From contig MHVD01000017.1 of the NCBI GenBank assembly GCA_001823695.1, positions 1-59,238 of the forward strand: a DNA stretch of 59,238 nucleotides. The letters are read 5' to 3'. Shown here piece by piece: positions 37,732 through 45,964 of the stretch. The translations under genes and the position numbers were made by a program. Source of the stretch: Candidatus Zambryskibacteria bacterium RIFCSPHIGHO2_01_FULL_43_25 (GTDB taxonomy: Bacteria > Patescibacteriota > Minisyncoccia > Phycocordibacterales > Zambryskibacteraceae). A model generated the notes under the pieces. It saw nothing but the letters and a program-made list of their open reading frames with translations, was not told the origin of the DNA and did no database searches. Every line of letters starts with the position of its first letter. Within the stretch, counting starts at the first letter, position 1.

Positions 37732-38247
37732 CTACGCTTTCTCTATGATTACCATCAAACCTTTGGGACTTTTTTTGGGTTCTTCTGCCGTTTTGTATTC
37801 TTTTGGGATCAATTTCAGGAATCTCTCCATCCTATCTTTCAAAAACTTTGGGTCCAAATACTTTGTTCTTCCAGGCAAAAACAAATCAATCTTTACCCTA
37901 TGGCCCTCGGAGAGCCACTCTGCCACCTTCTTGGCTTTTAGCGTCAGGTCGTGCTCACCGGTGCCTATCTTTATTTGTATACTCTTTATCTCAACTGTCC
38001 GCGATTTTGTCCTGGACTGCTTCAGTTTCTTGTTCTCCAAATATTGGTACTTCCCATAATCCATTATTTTGGCTATGGGGGGGTTGGAATTAGGTGATAT
38101 TTCAATGAGATCAACGCCGGCCGCCTTGGCCTGCTCTAGCGCATCTTTAAGAGATAAAACGCCCAAATTTTGCCCTTCAGGGCCGATGATGCGCAATTCT
38201 TCCGCTCGTATGTATTGGTTTATTCTTATTCTTTTCTGCAAGTTTAT
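37732..38247 (-). CDS. infC: Translation initiation factor IF-3
   Basis: RINQYIRAEELRII, DLIEISP, KIMDYGKY, HDL..K; start probably ATA 38247 or TTG 38241. Confidence 0.93.
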   Translation of the reverse strand: MNLQKRIRINQYIRAEELRIIGPEGQNLGVLSLKDALEQAKAAGVDLIEISPNSNPPIAKIMDYGKYQYLENKKLKQSRTKSRTVEIKSIQIKIGTGEHDLTLKAKKVAEWLSEGHRVKIDLFLPGRTKYLDPKFLKDRMERFLKLIPKEYKTAEEPKKSPKGLMVIIEKA

Positions 38248-38257
38248 TGTGAAATTA

Positions 38258-38286
38258 TTTATAGCATTATGACTGCTTCTTGGCAA
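38258..38286 (-). promoter_or_regulatory. infC operon promoter
   Basis: Minus strand reads TTGCCA-17 nt-TATAAA with TGn. Confidence 0.55.
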
Positions 38287-38409
38287 TGTGGTTTGAACCA
38301 AAGCTGATTTTTGTGTTGAAGATTCTTTTCCACTTGTCTGGAGTTTTTCTTAATGCTTCAATGATAAATGGACTCTAGTTTTTTATTTGACCAAAGGGGG
38401 TGAGGAGCA

Positions 38410-39054
38410 ATGGCGCTTCCAGCCGGGCAAGACATCAGGCTCTGTCAGGAGCTCAAGAGCGATGATGTGGATTCCATGTTGCCGCTTCTTGAGATCTTTG
38501 AGAGACTGGACAGGAGGAGCGCCTCGGCTCAAGTTTTTATGGCAAGAGCGCTCTCAATCTGCGACAGGATCGACTTTCTCAAGGGTGAAGGGGGCAAGGA
38601 CTTTCGGGGTTGTCCGATCGGCATCGCCGCTGAATTCGCTCAGCTTGTGCAATCTCGTGCAAACCGTGCCGAAAACGCGGAAGAATTCAGGGCCAGGTTT
38701 TCATACCTGGTCAAGTTTGTCTACCACCGCTCGAGAAAGTTCGGAGCCGATCTGGTTATACCGGTTCTGGATTTTCTGGGAGATGCCAACTCGCATGGCA
38801 TGTTTCGCCAGGCTGTCTTGATGGTCTGCGCCGAGATTGACCGGGCGGCCGACGCTGGAGCTTCGGAGTATATGGGGTGTCTTATTGAACCCTGTCAGGA
38901 ATTCGCCGGGTTCTTGAGGCGTCTGTCTCTTGGTGTTGCGGATGACGCCACCTTCTACTCCAAGGTTCAACGGACTCGGCAGTGTATCCAAGGCATTACC
39001 AATCACAACGCCTGGGTGCCAATCTGCCAGCTCTACGAACTCATCTCAACGTGA
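38410..39054 (+). CDS. Orphan helical protein
   Basis: 214-aa ORF with SD GAGGAG, GC-rich codons and a downstream stem-loop at 39067-39095. Confidence 0.7.
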   Translation: MALPAGQDIRLCQELKSDDVDSMLPLLEIFERLDRRSASAQVFMARALSICDRIDFLKGEGGKDFRGCPIGIAAEFAQLVQSRANRAENAEEFRARFSYLVKFVYHRSRKFGADLVIPVLDFLGDANSHGMFRQAVLMVCAEIDRAADAGASEYMGCLIEPCQEFAGFLRRLSLGVADDATFYSKVQRTRQCIQGITNHNAWVPICQLYELIST

Positions 39055-39217
39055 GGAGGTCTTGTGCCCCGCACTGCGTCTAACGTCGTGCGGGGTTCAT
39101 CTATATAGATTTTGTACTGCGATTGTGTTCTAGGTGGTAATTCACAAGCGTTCTGGTTATTTTTGTGTTTCAATATCGTAGGACCAGTCCTTATTCCGCG
39201 CAACAGGAGAGAACGCA

Positions 39218-39526
39218 ATGGAAGTCGCACAGACGGAGTTGCCAATTCGTAGCTTCATGGAAGCATCAGCCCACGGTAGCGAACCATCTCCTGCCCAGAA
39301 GGCAAGGGCGCTGATGGACAGGCTGGTAAGCGAAGAGGTTACCAGAATGCAGAACCTAGTGGAGTTTCACCGGCCGGTTCTGGAGATGGTTGCCGACCTG
39401 GCAAACTTCTACAGAAACCAACCAAGCAAACTTCTGTCGGAGCTCGACAGGATTCCAATCATCATCAGCACCAGTCGGGAGCCAATCAGTATACAAGGCC
39501 TCCGTACTCGTCTTCTCGGCCTCTGA
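39218..39526 (+). CDS. Orphan helical protein
   Basis: 102-aa ORF with SD AGGAG; followed by a 19-bp perfect stem (39544-39602). Confidence 0.6.
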   Translation: MEVAQTELPIRSFMEASAHGSEPSPAQKARALMDRLVSEEVTRMQNLVEFHRPVLEMVADLANFYRNQPSKLLSELDRIPIIISTSREPISIQGLRTRLLGL

Positions 39527-39616
39527 AGCCGATCCGCTACGCGGAAAACCGCACCGCCTCGTTATCTCTGCCAATCGGCGGAGACGAGGCGGTGCGGTTT
39601 TCTCACGGCAATTTTT

Positions 39617-40024
39617 CTAGCTCAAGAGAACCAAGATTATGCCGGCAAGAGCCAAAGCTACAAGTCTCTGCAAACTATTGAGAAGAAATAATTTGAACGG
39701 CTTCTGTTCCCAGATTGTTTGGCTCACAAATATAGGCACTACAAACCCAAGCCAGGCGAAGAAGACCAAAGACAGAACTTGGCTTACAGTTTCTATGTTT
39801 ATAAGAAAGACAAAATAGGCCAAGACATAAACTGCCACGATTTCAAATATAAAACTCACCGTGTAAGGTTTCTTCATTCCTTTGGATTTCGCTTTTTCCA
39901 TTGTTTCTGCCGTTATGCCTGAAAGTTTCATCCAAAGGTTGCCGAAGGCGGCAGGGGAGTACCACAAGGCTCCTGAAGCCATTGATACAATAGCTGCTAC
40001 CAGAATTATCCAAAAATTTGCCAT
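39617..40024 (-). CDS. DUF1761-like 4-TM membrane protein
   Basis: GALWYSPAAFGNLWM and WLGFVVP motifs typical of DUF1761. Confidence 0.75.
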   Translation of the reverse strand: MANFWIILVAAIVSMASGALWYSPAAFGNLWMKLSGITAETMEKAKSKGMKKPYTVSFIFEIVAVYVLAYFVFLINIETVSQVLSLVFFAWLGFVVPIFVSQTIWEQKPFKLFLLNSLQRLVALALAGIILVLLS

Positions 40025-40059
40025 TTTATTTTTTATTTAGGTTAAAAGTTTTATTGTGA

Positions 40060-40103
40060 TTGCGAATTCACTCCCGCCGCCTGTGGCGGGGGTGAATTCG
40101 CAA
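40060..40103. repeat. Palindromic element
   Basis: ttgcgaattcactcccgcc-gcctgt-ggcgggggtgaattcgcaa. Confidence 0.8.
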
Positions 40104-40194
40104 ATATAGATATGTGTCGGCGGAGCCGACCCTGCTGCAACAAAGTTTGCCCTGATGTCCCGACGTTACGTCGGGGCCAAACTTTATTATACAA

Positions 40195-40305
40195 AAGAAA
40201 AGACCCCCACACGCAAACCTCTGTGTGGGGGCCTCTCGTACAGGGATGGCAACCATCTCAGGCAATCAATCCGCAAAGCGGATGTGGGTTTTCGCTCACT
40301 TCCAC
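40195..40305 (-). ncRNA. Candidate promoter- and terminator-bounded small RNA
   Basis: Minus-strand TTGACA-18-TATAAT at 40340-40311, then stacked hairpins ending cccccacac..gtgtggggg-tcttttc. Confidence 0.4.
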
Positions 40306-40355
40306 ATTGTATTATAGCATAGTGTGTATCTATTTGTCAAGTATACGTAATGTTT

Positions 40356-41281
40356 CAGGACCTTCGCAACACCTAGAGGTTAAGATTAAATATATGGCTT
40401 ATACACAAAATCCAAACATGCCTAAGGTGAGAAGAGATGCGGTGAATCTAGTTAAGTATCGTGGTTGGAGCATGAGGAAGGTATCATTGAGATACGGGGT
40501 GGAACCAAGCACTGTTTCAAGATGGTGTAAGAAAGATTATTGTGGTGGCTTTAGGATAATACTTACTGAATCATCAGCTCCTAAGACCCATCCCAATGCC
40601 TTAAGTAGAGAGATTATAAATAAGATTATTGAGAAAAGAGTTGGGAGAAGAAGATGTGGTCAGGTGATACATAGAGAATTACTGAGAGAAGATGTGAAAG
40701 TGTCTCTCTCTAGTGTCCATAGAACTTTAGATAGGCTGAACCTCTTAAAGAAAAAGAGTCCATGGAAAAGACCTCATGATTGGACCCCCAGACCAGAACC
40801 AGCCTTTGCTGGAGCCCTTCTAGAGGTAGACACAGTACATATTCATGCACCTGATGGAAGTAGAATTTATGTCTATACTCTCATTGATCTATTCTCACGG
40901 TGGGCTTACGCAGAGATCGGAAAAAATCTATTAGCAAGGAGTGCTGCTCACTTTGTTTTAAAAGCCCAAGAGAAAGCTTTCTTTAAGTTTCAGATGATTC
41001 AAACAGATCATGGGTCTGAATTCTCAACTAGATTCAGCCACATCCTTAAAAGCAAGGATATGAATCATAGACACTCCAGGGTTAGGCAGAAAGATGATCA
41101 AGCTCATATTGAGAGATTTAACAGAACCATTCAGGAGGAATGTTTAGACCGAACAACGCATACAATTGCTGATTTTAAGAAAGCTTTAAAAGATTACTTA
41201 CCATATTATAATAACAAGCGATTGCATATGGGAATTAATTATCAAACTCCCCTAGAAGTGTTGCAAAGGTGCTGGGGATAA
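40356..41281 (+). mobile_element. IS481-like insertion sequence (imperfect IRs 40356-40372 and 41258-41274)
   Basis: ccttcgcaacac versus gtgttgcaaagg inverted 11/12 match, flanking the transposase. Confidence 0.7.
40394..41281 (+). CDS. DDE transposase (HTH + rve integrase core, IS481-like)
   Basis: HTH SMRKVSLRYGVEPSTVSRW; VDTVH, QTDHGSEF and IERFNRT DDE triad; YNNKRLHMGI; start ATG 40394. Confidence 0.9.
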   Translation: MAYTQNPNMPKVRRDAVNLVKYRGWSMRKVSLRYGVEPSTVSRWCKKDYCGGFRIILTESSAPKTHPNALSREIINKIIEKRVGRRRCGQVIHRELLREDVKVSLSSVHRTLDRLNLLKKKSPWKRPHDWTPRPEPAFAGALLEVDTVHIHAPDGSRIYVYTLIDLFSRWAYAEIGKNLLARSAAHFVLKAQEKAFFKFQMIQTDHGSEFSTRFSHILKSKDMNHRHSRVRQKDDQAHIERFNRTIQEECLDRTTHTIADFKKALKDYLPYYNNKRLHMGINYQTPLEVLQRCWG

Positions 41282-41348
41282 AACGGGGTATAAAATTTGG
41301 ATAATAACACAAAGAAAAAGCGCACCTTTTAGCACGCTTTTTCTTTTA

Positions 41349-41642
41349 TTACAATTGGGATATCTCACCTCGGATAGTGGATATTTGTTCGTGTAGCAAT
41401 CCAATGACCTGCATCTGCAGTGTTCTGATTTTTGCTTCAATTGTTTTAGTAATTTCTGACTTTAGCAAATCAACCGTGTCTTCAAGTACGAGGACGAGCT
41501 GACTTTGAGCCTTAATCAACTCATTCTCTATTGTTTTGACAGAATGTTCTGTTGTGTGGTCGGCATATACTGAGACAGGATTGAATACTCCTACAACAAC
41601 AACAAACGAGGTAATGACAAACCCAGTAAGCCACTTTTTCAT
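41349..41642 (-). CDS. Small exported coiled-coil protein
   Basis: Signal peptide ending VYA; heptad-rich mature part. Confidence 0.65.
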   Translation of the reverse strand: MKKWLTGFVITSFVVVVGVFNPVSVYADHTTEHSVKTIENELIKAQSQLVLVLEDTVDLLKSEITKTIEAKIRTLQMQVIGLLHEQISTIRGEISQL

Positions 41643-41720
41643 TTTATTTGCTTATTTGGCTTGTAACTTCGACCTCTATCTTTGTAGACGATTGGAGATT
41701 AGGCATATTACAAAAACGAG

Positions 41721-41750
41721 CCCCACGGGCGCGCAAGCGCGCCCGTGGGG
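41721..41750 (-). terminator. Intrinsic terminator
   Basis: 14-bp perfect GC stem with a T-run on the minus strand. Confidence 0.75.
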
Positions 41751-41767
41751 TCTTTGCCATCTCCCGT

Positions 41768-42025
41768 TCAGGAGACCCGCCGTCTCCGTCTGCAGGGTAC
41801 GATCGCCGGACTGTTCAGCCAATCCGGCGGCTTGTGTCCGTTCCTCTGACTGCTCACGATTCGGTCTGCCTCCTTGTGCTTGAGTCTGACGAGTTCTGGG
41901 ACAGTGATGCCGAGTTCCCGCGCCTCCTGGGAGAGGGCTTCTTCTTTGGCCCGCCTCCGCTCCCGCTTTCTGGCGCTTGCCCTCTGCTGGTTCGCTGTCG
42001 CCTCTACCCTCGTCCTTTGAGGCAT
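41768..42025 (-). CDS. Orphan basic protein
   Basis: 85-aa ORF with SD GGAGG 5 nt before the ATG and a terminator downstream. Confidence 0.5.
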   Translation of the reverse strand: MPQRTRVEATANQQRASARKRERRRAKEEALSQEARELGITVPELVRLKHKEADRIVSSQRNGHKPPDWLNSPAIVPCRRRRRVS

Positions 42026-42148
42026 GAGTCCTCCGTTCGGAGTTTGAGTGAGCGGTGATGGTGCCTGTACTGCCTTGTAATAGATTAGTTATTTTTTCAG
42101 AGATGTCAAAGTCATTCTTTTTCAAACAAACACTGTCAAATTGAATTG

Positions 42149-42221
42149 TGGACCGTACCGGAATTGCACCGGTGACCTCCCGAATGCGAATCGGGTGTTC
42201 TACTGACTGAACTAACGGCCC
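42149..42221 (-). tRNA. tRNA-Ala(CGC)
   Basis: Cloverleaf gggccgt...acggtccA with G3:U70; anticodon arm cccga-tt-CGC-at-tcggg. Confidence 0.92.
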
Positions 42222-42295
42222 ATATCGTATAAAAGAGTAGCTTAAAATTCCGCGGAATGGTAGTATTTGGCTGAAATAAAAATTTAAAAAATAAT

Positions 42296-42514
42296 ATGGC
42301 AGGAATAAAACTCACGTTTGATTATTTATCAAAAAATTTGGCAATCGTTATAGGGTTGGTGCTTATCTGGAGGGGGATATGGTATGTTTTGGATGAAATA
42401 GATTTAGTGTTCTTGGGCGGTTCGCATTTCTTTACTGCGGTCGGCGGTATAATTTTAGGCCTTGCGATTCTCTACATTCCGGACCATGACCTCAAAGAGA
42501 TACAGAAATTATGA
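42296..42514 (+). CDS. Small 2-TM membrane protein
   Basis: Two hydrophobic helices; LIWRGIW motif. Confidence 0.7.
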   Translation: MAGIKLTFDYLSKNLAIVIGLVLIWRGIWYVLDEIDLVFLGGSHFFTAVGGIILGLAILYIPDHDLKEIQKL

Positions 42515-42707
42515 TTCGAATTTTATGAAGTAAATCTGGTGATACTAATAATATAGAATATGGTGACATCCCAATTCGCTAGCTGGCGTATTGGGATGTT
42601 ATCTTCGAGAGAAAAGAGCCAACAAGCAATAGATATTTTAGGAGGTTAAAGACGTACTGTTTTTAATTTGATAGAATTAAAGTAATTATTAGCTTGTATA
42701 ATTTATT

Positions 42708-43226
42708 ATGAATACCGAACTTGTAGGTGCTGCATACGGAGGTTTGTCACCCTTGTTAGCCGCTTCCTCGTTTGATATAGTCAGTGCTTTTTTTGCTTTT
42801 GGGTTTTTTATTGCACTACTTGGATTGGCAGTAGTTATTCTGTATATAATCGGGTTGATGAGGATATACCGTAAAGCAAATAAGCCACAGTGGGCTGCAA
42901 TAATCCCAATTTACAATACGTTTGTTTTACTTCAGATAATAAGAGCGCCAATTTGGTGGATGATAATCTTCCTTCTCCCATTGTTACAATTATTTGTAAC
43001 CTTGCCTAGTATTATCACTGCCGTTATAAATATAATTGCCATAATATTTGGTATTGTCATAACATATAAACTAGCGAAGGTTTTTGGAAAGGGAATTGGT
43101 TTTACAATAGGATTAATATTATTACCTCCAATTTTTTACATGATACTTGGATTTGGTAAGTCTACATATCAATCAGGTAATCTAACCCCAAACTTGAACG
43201 AGAGTCAGAATCAGATAGCAGGTTAA
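42708..43226 (+). CDS. DUF5684-like membrane protein
   Basis: IYRKANKPQWAAIIPIYN and FGKGIGFTIGLILLP motifs. Confidence 0.8.
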   Translation: MNTELVGAAYGGLSPLLAASSFDIVSAFFAFGFFIALLGLAVVILYIIGLMRIYRKANKPQWAAIIPIYNTFVLLQIIRAPIWWMIIFLLPLLQLFVTLPSIITAVINIIAIIFGIVITYKLAKVFGKGIGFTIGLILLPPIFYMILGFGKSTYQSGNLTPNLNESQNQIAG

Positions 43227-43401
43227 TAAAATAAATCAAAAATTATAATTAATCGTGTTTTTTGATGAACAAGACACGTATTATCATATCCCTTATCCGC
43301 GCGAATAAGGGATATAGTTGAATTAATAAAACAACAAAGGCGCGGCTTATGCCGCGCCTTTGTTGTCATTCCGTTTTCGTTCGGTCTGATATGGATAGAA
43401 T

Positions 43402-43599
43402 TTATGCTTTTTGTACGTTCACAGCATTCTTTCCTTTTTCGGTATCCTCTACTTCAAAAGAAACGGTATCACCTTCGTGAAGTTCATTAAAACTTACGCC
43501 GACAAGAGAGTTTGAGTGAAAGAAAATATCCTTCTCTCCATCCTCCGGGCTGATGAAACCGAAACCTTTGTCCATAGTCTTTTTTATAACGCCTTTCAT
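43402..43599 (-). CDS. Cold-shock protein
   Basis: KGFGFI and DIFFH RNP motifs; start ATG 43599. Confidence 0.95.
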   Translation of the reverse strand: MKGVIKKTMDKGFGFISPEDGEKDIFFHSNSLVGVSFNELHEGDTVSFEVEDTEKGKNAVNVQKA

Positions 43600-43797
43600 T
43601 GGTTGGTTTATTATGTTTGTAATATGCAAAATGTTCTAGAATTCGACTCCTCTTTTTAATCCATAACCTTTTGTAAGCCGTAAGAGTAGCATACTGTGCT
43701 GATACTGTCAATTAAAACATGGGGGGATTTTGCAAATATCGAAAAAACACCAATTATTACACTCTAATTCGTTAGCTGACGGACTAAAAACACAAGT

Positions 43798-43837
43798 TAC
43801 AACATTCTCATATTCTTGAGAATATGAGAATGTTGTA
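43798..43837. repeat. Palindrome with 19-bp perfect arms
   Basis: tacaacattctcatattct-tg-agaatatgagaatgttgta. Confidence 0.9.
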
Positions 43838-43935
43838 GTTGTAGAAAAATATAAAAAAAGAAGAGCCCCACCAGTGTGAGTGCGGGGCTCTTCGCAGGTG
43901 GGGCTTGGGTGGTCGGGCTGACGTTGTCACGCGAG

Positions 43936-44151
43936 TTATCCAGGTGCCTTGACTCTGCAGTCCGGGCAGAGCCCCGCTTTATTCAGGTAATTGACTCGTG
44001 TGGTCCTCTGACAACTGGAACACCTTTCGGCTAGGCCCGACACCAGAAGAAAGAACTCGTCAGCGAGTTCAGTTTCCTTGAGCCACGGGCTCTTGCCCTG
44101 TGTCTCGCGTGGCGGGTCATTATTCGTCGGTCGCCTACTCAGATAACCCAT
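43936..44151 (-). CDS. Orphan small zinc-ribbon protein
   Basis: CSSC...CPDC; SD AAGGAG; terminator at 43861-43892. Confidence 0.65.
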   Translation of the reverse strand: MGYLSRRPTNNDPPRETQGKSPWLKETELADEFFLLVSGLAERCSSCQRTTRVNYLNKAGLCPDCRVKAPG

Positions 44152-44236
44152 GAGTATCTCCTTGAGAAGTGGAACAAGTGTCCGAATTCACCTTACCTTT
44201 TTGTCTTAAAAATGCAAACCTGATTTAACGTACCCA

Positions 44237-44713
44237 ATGGAGGTTATTGAACAATCGTTTCAGATGTGTAATGTTGGTGTACTAGTGAGAAGCTTAATAA
44301 CCATTATATTAAAAAGAATTTTAAGAACCTTTCTGGGGGTCGGGTATCTGTTTGGTGGCAAAACTATAAGGATACTGTCACATATTTGGTTTAAACAACT
44401 AGAATGGGCCGCATTAACCTCTGCTTTGTTTTTGCTGGGTATGAGAACTGAGAAATATGGTGTGAGTGGACTATTTTACTTTTTTGGGGTGTTAAGTTTA
44501 ATACTTATAATAATTAGTACCAGTCATTCTTTCAACAAGATTACAGACGGTTTGTCTTTAGATTTGGAGTGTTTCAACAAGAAACATGAAAGATTAAGTC
44601 TGGGAAAATATTCATATGGTACACATTTTGGTTTAGTTGCAGTTATAATAATTTTTCTATTGAGTATAGGAAACATATTTATTATTTTTTTTGCTATGTC
44701 AGCGTTCCTATAG
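44237..44713 (+). CDS. AT-rich hypothetical membrane protein
   Basis: Open frame with 3 hydrophobic segments; start uncertain. Confidence 0.5.
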   Translation: MEVIEQSFQMCNVGVLVRSLITIILKRILRTFLGVGYLFGGKTIRILSHIWFKQLEWAALTSALFLLGMRTEKYGVSGLFYFFGVLSLILIIISTSHSFNKITDGLSLDLECFNKKHERLSLGKYSYGTHFGLVAVIIIFLLSIGNIFIIFFAMSAFL

Positions 44714-44879
44714 ATGAGGTTACTCTAGATTCGTTCTCTCTCCTAGTTTAATTCCGTCTGTATAGACGAAAAGAAAACTGGTTTTTGCCAGTTTTTCTTT
44801 TCGTCTAGGGGATATAGGCGGATACTCATATCTGGGAACTAACTGTCAAAAAAGTGTCAATTTCTGATATGATTTCCTT

Positions 44880-45320
44880 ATGTCACTTCTGGAAAACAAG
44901 AAAGCGTATTTTGATTACGAAATTCAGGAAACCTTTGAGGCCGGAATTGAGCTTTTAGGTTTTGAAGTGAAGGCGCTTCGCGGCAAACTTGGCTCTCTTG
45001 AGGGTTCGCATGTTGTTGTGCGTGGAGGTGAAGCATTTCTGACGGGGGCAACTATTCCGCCTTACCAGCCGGCAAATACTCCAAAAGATTACGACCCCCA
45101 CAAAAACAGAAAACTCTTGCTGACAAAAAAAGAAATCGGCGAACTAGGCGGATATGAATCAAAAAAAGGGTTGACTTTAATACCAATTTCGGTGTATAAT
45201 AAAAACAATCGAATCAAGATTTTGGTTGGAGTCGCGCGAGCCAAGAAAAAACACGACAAGAGAGAAACAATAAAGAGGCGCGAAACCGAGCGCGAGATGA
45301 GAAGGTCTTTGAAAGATTAA
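44880..45320 (+). CDS. smpB: SsrA-binding protein
   Basis: NKKAYFDY, EAGIELLGFEVK, RKLLL, KKKHDKRE. Confidence 0.97.
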   Translation: MSLLENKKAYFDYEIQETFEAGIELLGFEVKALRGKLGSLEGSHVVVRGGEAFLTGATIPPYQPANTPKDYDPHKNRKLLLTKKEIGELGGYESKKGLTLIPISVYNKNNRIKILVGVARAKKKHDKRETIKRRETEREMRRSLKD

Positions 45321-45360
45321 TAGGGCTTACTTTTTTCGCTAAAAGCGAAAAAGTGCTTAA

Positions 45361-45766
45361 GGGGATGATCGGCTTAGATGGCAGGTTTGCTTCAAGCTGA
45401 TGCATGAGAGAGCTGTGGTGACTCTTAAATCCGCCACAAAGACTAAACGCAAACACTATAGTCGCAAAGGCAAAATCAGTTGTTTCTCCATTTTTTGGGG
45501 TCAATGATCTAGCTTTCGCTACAGCTCGAGCGTAAGTTCGCTGTAGTGACGTCAATTTCTGTGAGGCTTCATAGCGGAACATTGGTGTAATATTTTGAGG
45601 CTCTGGAGTGTGAGTGCTTCGGCACATTCCGAAATGCAGGAGCTCGGTACGGTGATGTTTTGCCAACTTTTAAGTCATCGCACTCAAATATCAAAGTCGG
45701 CTATCTCATGAAGAAATTAGTTTGATTCCCTTCCACACGGCGGTTCGATTCCGCCCATCTCCACCA
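45361..45766 (+). ncRNA. ssrA: tmRNA; tag frame 45449-45535 ANTIVAKAKSVVSPFFGVNDLAFATARA*
   Basis: 5' GGGGATG, 3' GGTTCGATTCC..CATCTCCACCA, resume GCA after TAAAC; directly downstream of smpB. Confidence 0.93.
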
Positions 45767-45964
45767 AAATAAAAAAACCTCGCTACAAGGCGGGGCTTTT
45801 CTATATTTTGGTAGCCCTTACAGGATCGTCGAGATGCGGCATGAAATGCGGCGCCACCGTGGAGATGAGCGAGCAAACTGCTTTGCTCGCGTTTTAATAA
45901 ATTCTTGTTTGATATCAAAAATATAAAAATTATGTATAATAATGGTCTAATTATTGTCTGAATT

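Noticed and set aside
40224-40300. Fluoride riboswitch or sarcin-ricin-like rRNA fragment (GTACGAGAGG)
   Set aside because: The pseudoknot complement is missing and there is no surrounding rRNA similarity; only a short motif matches.
40112-40393. N-terminal extension of the transposase in the ORF track
   Set aside because: It lies outside the left IR and crosses an opposite-strand promoter; ATG 40394 fits better.
41648-42125. ORFs 41676..42125(-) and 41648..42058(+)
   Set aside because: No RBS, and they run through a terminator; the 41768..42025 frame is preferred.
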